Assembly (NCBI GenBank): GCA_951406725.2
Contig: OX597820.1
Location: 8,990,001 to 9,054,000, forward strand
Origin: Octopus vulgaris
Lineage: Eukaryota
DNA: 64,000 nucleotides
Direction: 5' to 3'
The notes beneath the pieces were generated by a model. The model ran no database searches. It was not told where the DNA came from and saw nothing but the letters and a program-made list of their open reading frames with translations. A program made the position numbers and the translations under genes. Numbering within the stretch: the stretch's first letter is position 1; every line of letters begins with the position of its first letter. Shown here piece after piece: positions 63,260 through 64,000 of the stretch.

Positions 63260-64000
63260 TTATACACAAGGAATACCACATAACAGATGCTATGAGTTCT
63301 ATTCTACGTGCAGTTGATGTCGCAGAAAAATATTGTACTCTGCTGCTTTATTTCTATGTTTCCTTTTTTTTTTATCAATGAGCCATGAATACAGAATGCT
63401 CCTTTAAAGGTATCTCATCACCCGTTAGTTGCAATGTTTAATTTTACATTCTTCTTCGTAGACTTTTATTCTTAAGCCAACCATTTCTTGTTTCATTTGC
63501 TGATTTGACTTATCTTCTGCTACTTCAATATTTGTAGCAAGTAATGCAAATGTCTGCTGTTATTTTCCATCCTTCTTCTCCACCCTCTATTCCAGGGTGG
63601 ATTGTGGAGCTAGAGTCTTTTGACCCCCCCTCCCCACAGAAACCTCTCAGAAGCAGCCATCATTATACATACCATTTCCCAATTACTAATAGTTGTTCCC
63701 TCCTGGACCCACTTCAGCTTCCCAAAACCTGCATCCTTTGTGCACCTACCCAACACTTCCCAGAATATGATGCAGGCTCAGGCTTACCATTAATTATACT
63801 GGCATTGGATGGAAACAGCATTAGAATGGACCCCTCTACCTTAGATCCAAATGTGTCTTTTGTTGACCCATGCAGTGGGCAATGTGATATGGTTATCCTT
63901 TGGAACTCTTTTCATATTGCAGATTTCGGTAGTCTTATTCATGCCAGGCACCAAGTTGCCATTTGGATTGGACTCAGTTATTTTCATTCGTTTTATGAAT

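Noticed and set aside
60540-64000. Second gene downstream on the minus strand
   Set aside because: No coherent exons; only faint, stop-ridden similarity to non-LTR element domains, too weak to call.

Overview
This is eukaryotic, AT-rich, very repeat-dense DNA; the SINE and RTE-LINE families suggest an octopus or other coleoid cephalopod (inference). One complete protein-coding gene is supported: a 15-exon, + strand RIC8 (synembryn; G-alpha GEF/chaperone) gene. Its CDS spans 11574-50503 (1743 nt, 580 aa), and every GT-AG junction and phase was checked by hand. The rest is mostly transposon-derived: a 5'-truncated RTE LINE with a 103-bp target duplication and a PHD-like finger, over 20 RTE 3'-end fragments, CR1-like relics, four tRNA-derived SINE families, non-autonomous Helitrons, piggyBac-, Tc1/mariner- and Mutator-type MITEs, and micro/minisatellites. 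Nearly all ORFs in the supplied track are artefacts of these repeats. The best leads are: (1) a sense-strand type-I hammerhead ribozyme motif with a complete catalytic core in RIC8 intron 11, paired with an antisense arm lacking the core; (2) many long fold-back hairpins in or after the RIC8 pre-mRNA, candidate ADAR substrates; (3) minisatellites made from amplified Pol III A-boxes of SINE heads; (4) signs of local templated inverted insertions; (5) a 27-aa extension of RIC8 exon 9. No database searches or folding programs were run. Comparisons with vertebrate Ric-8A are from memory, and most repeat boundaries are approximate.
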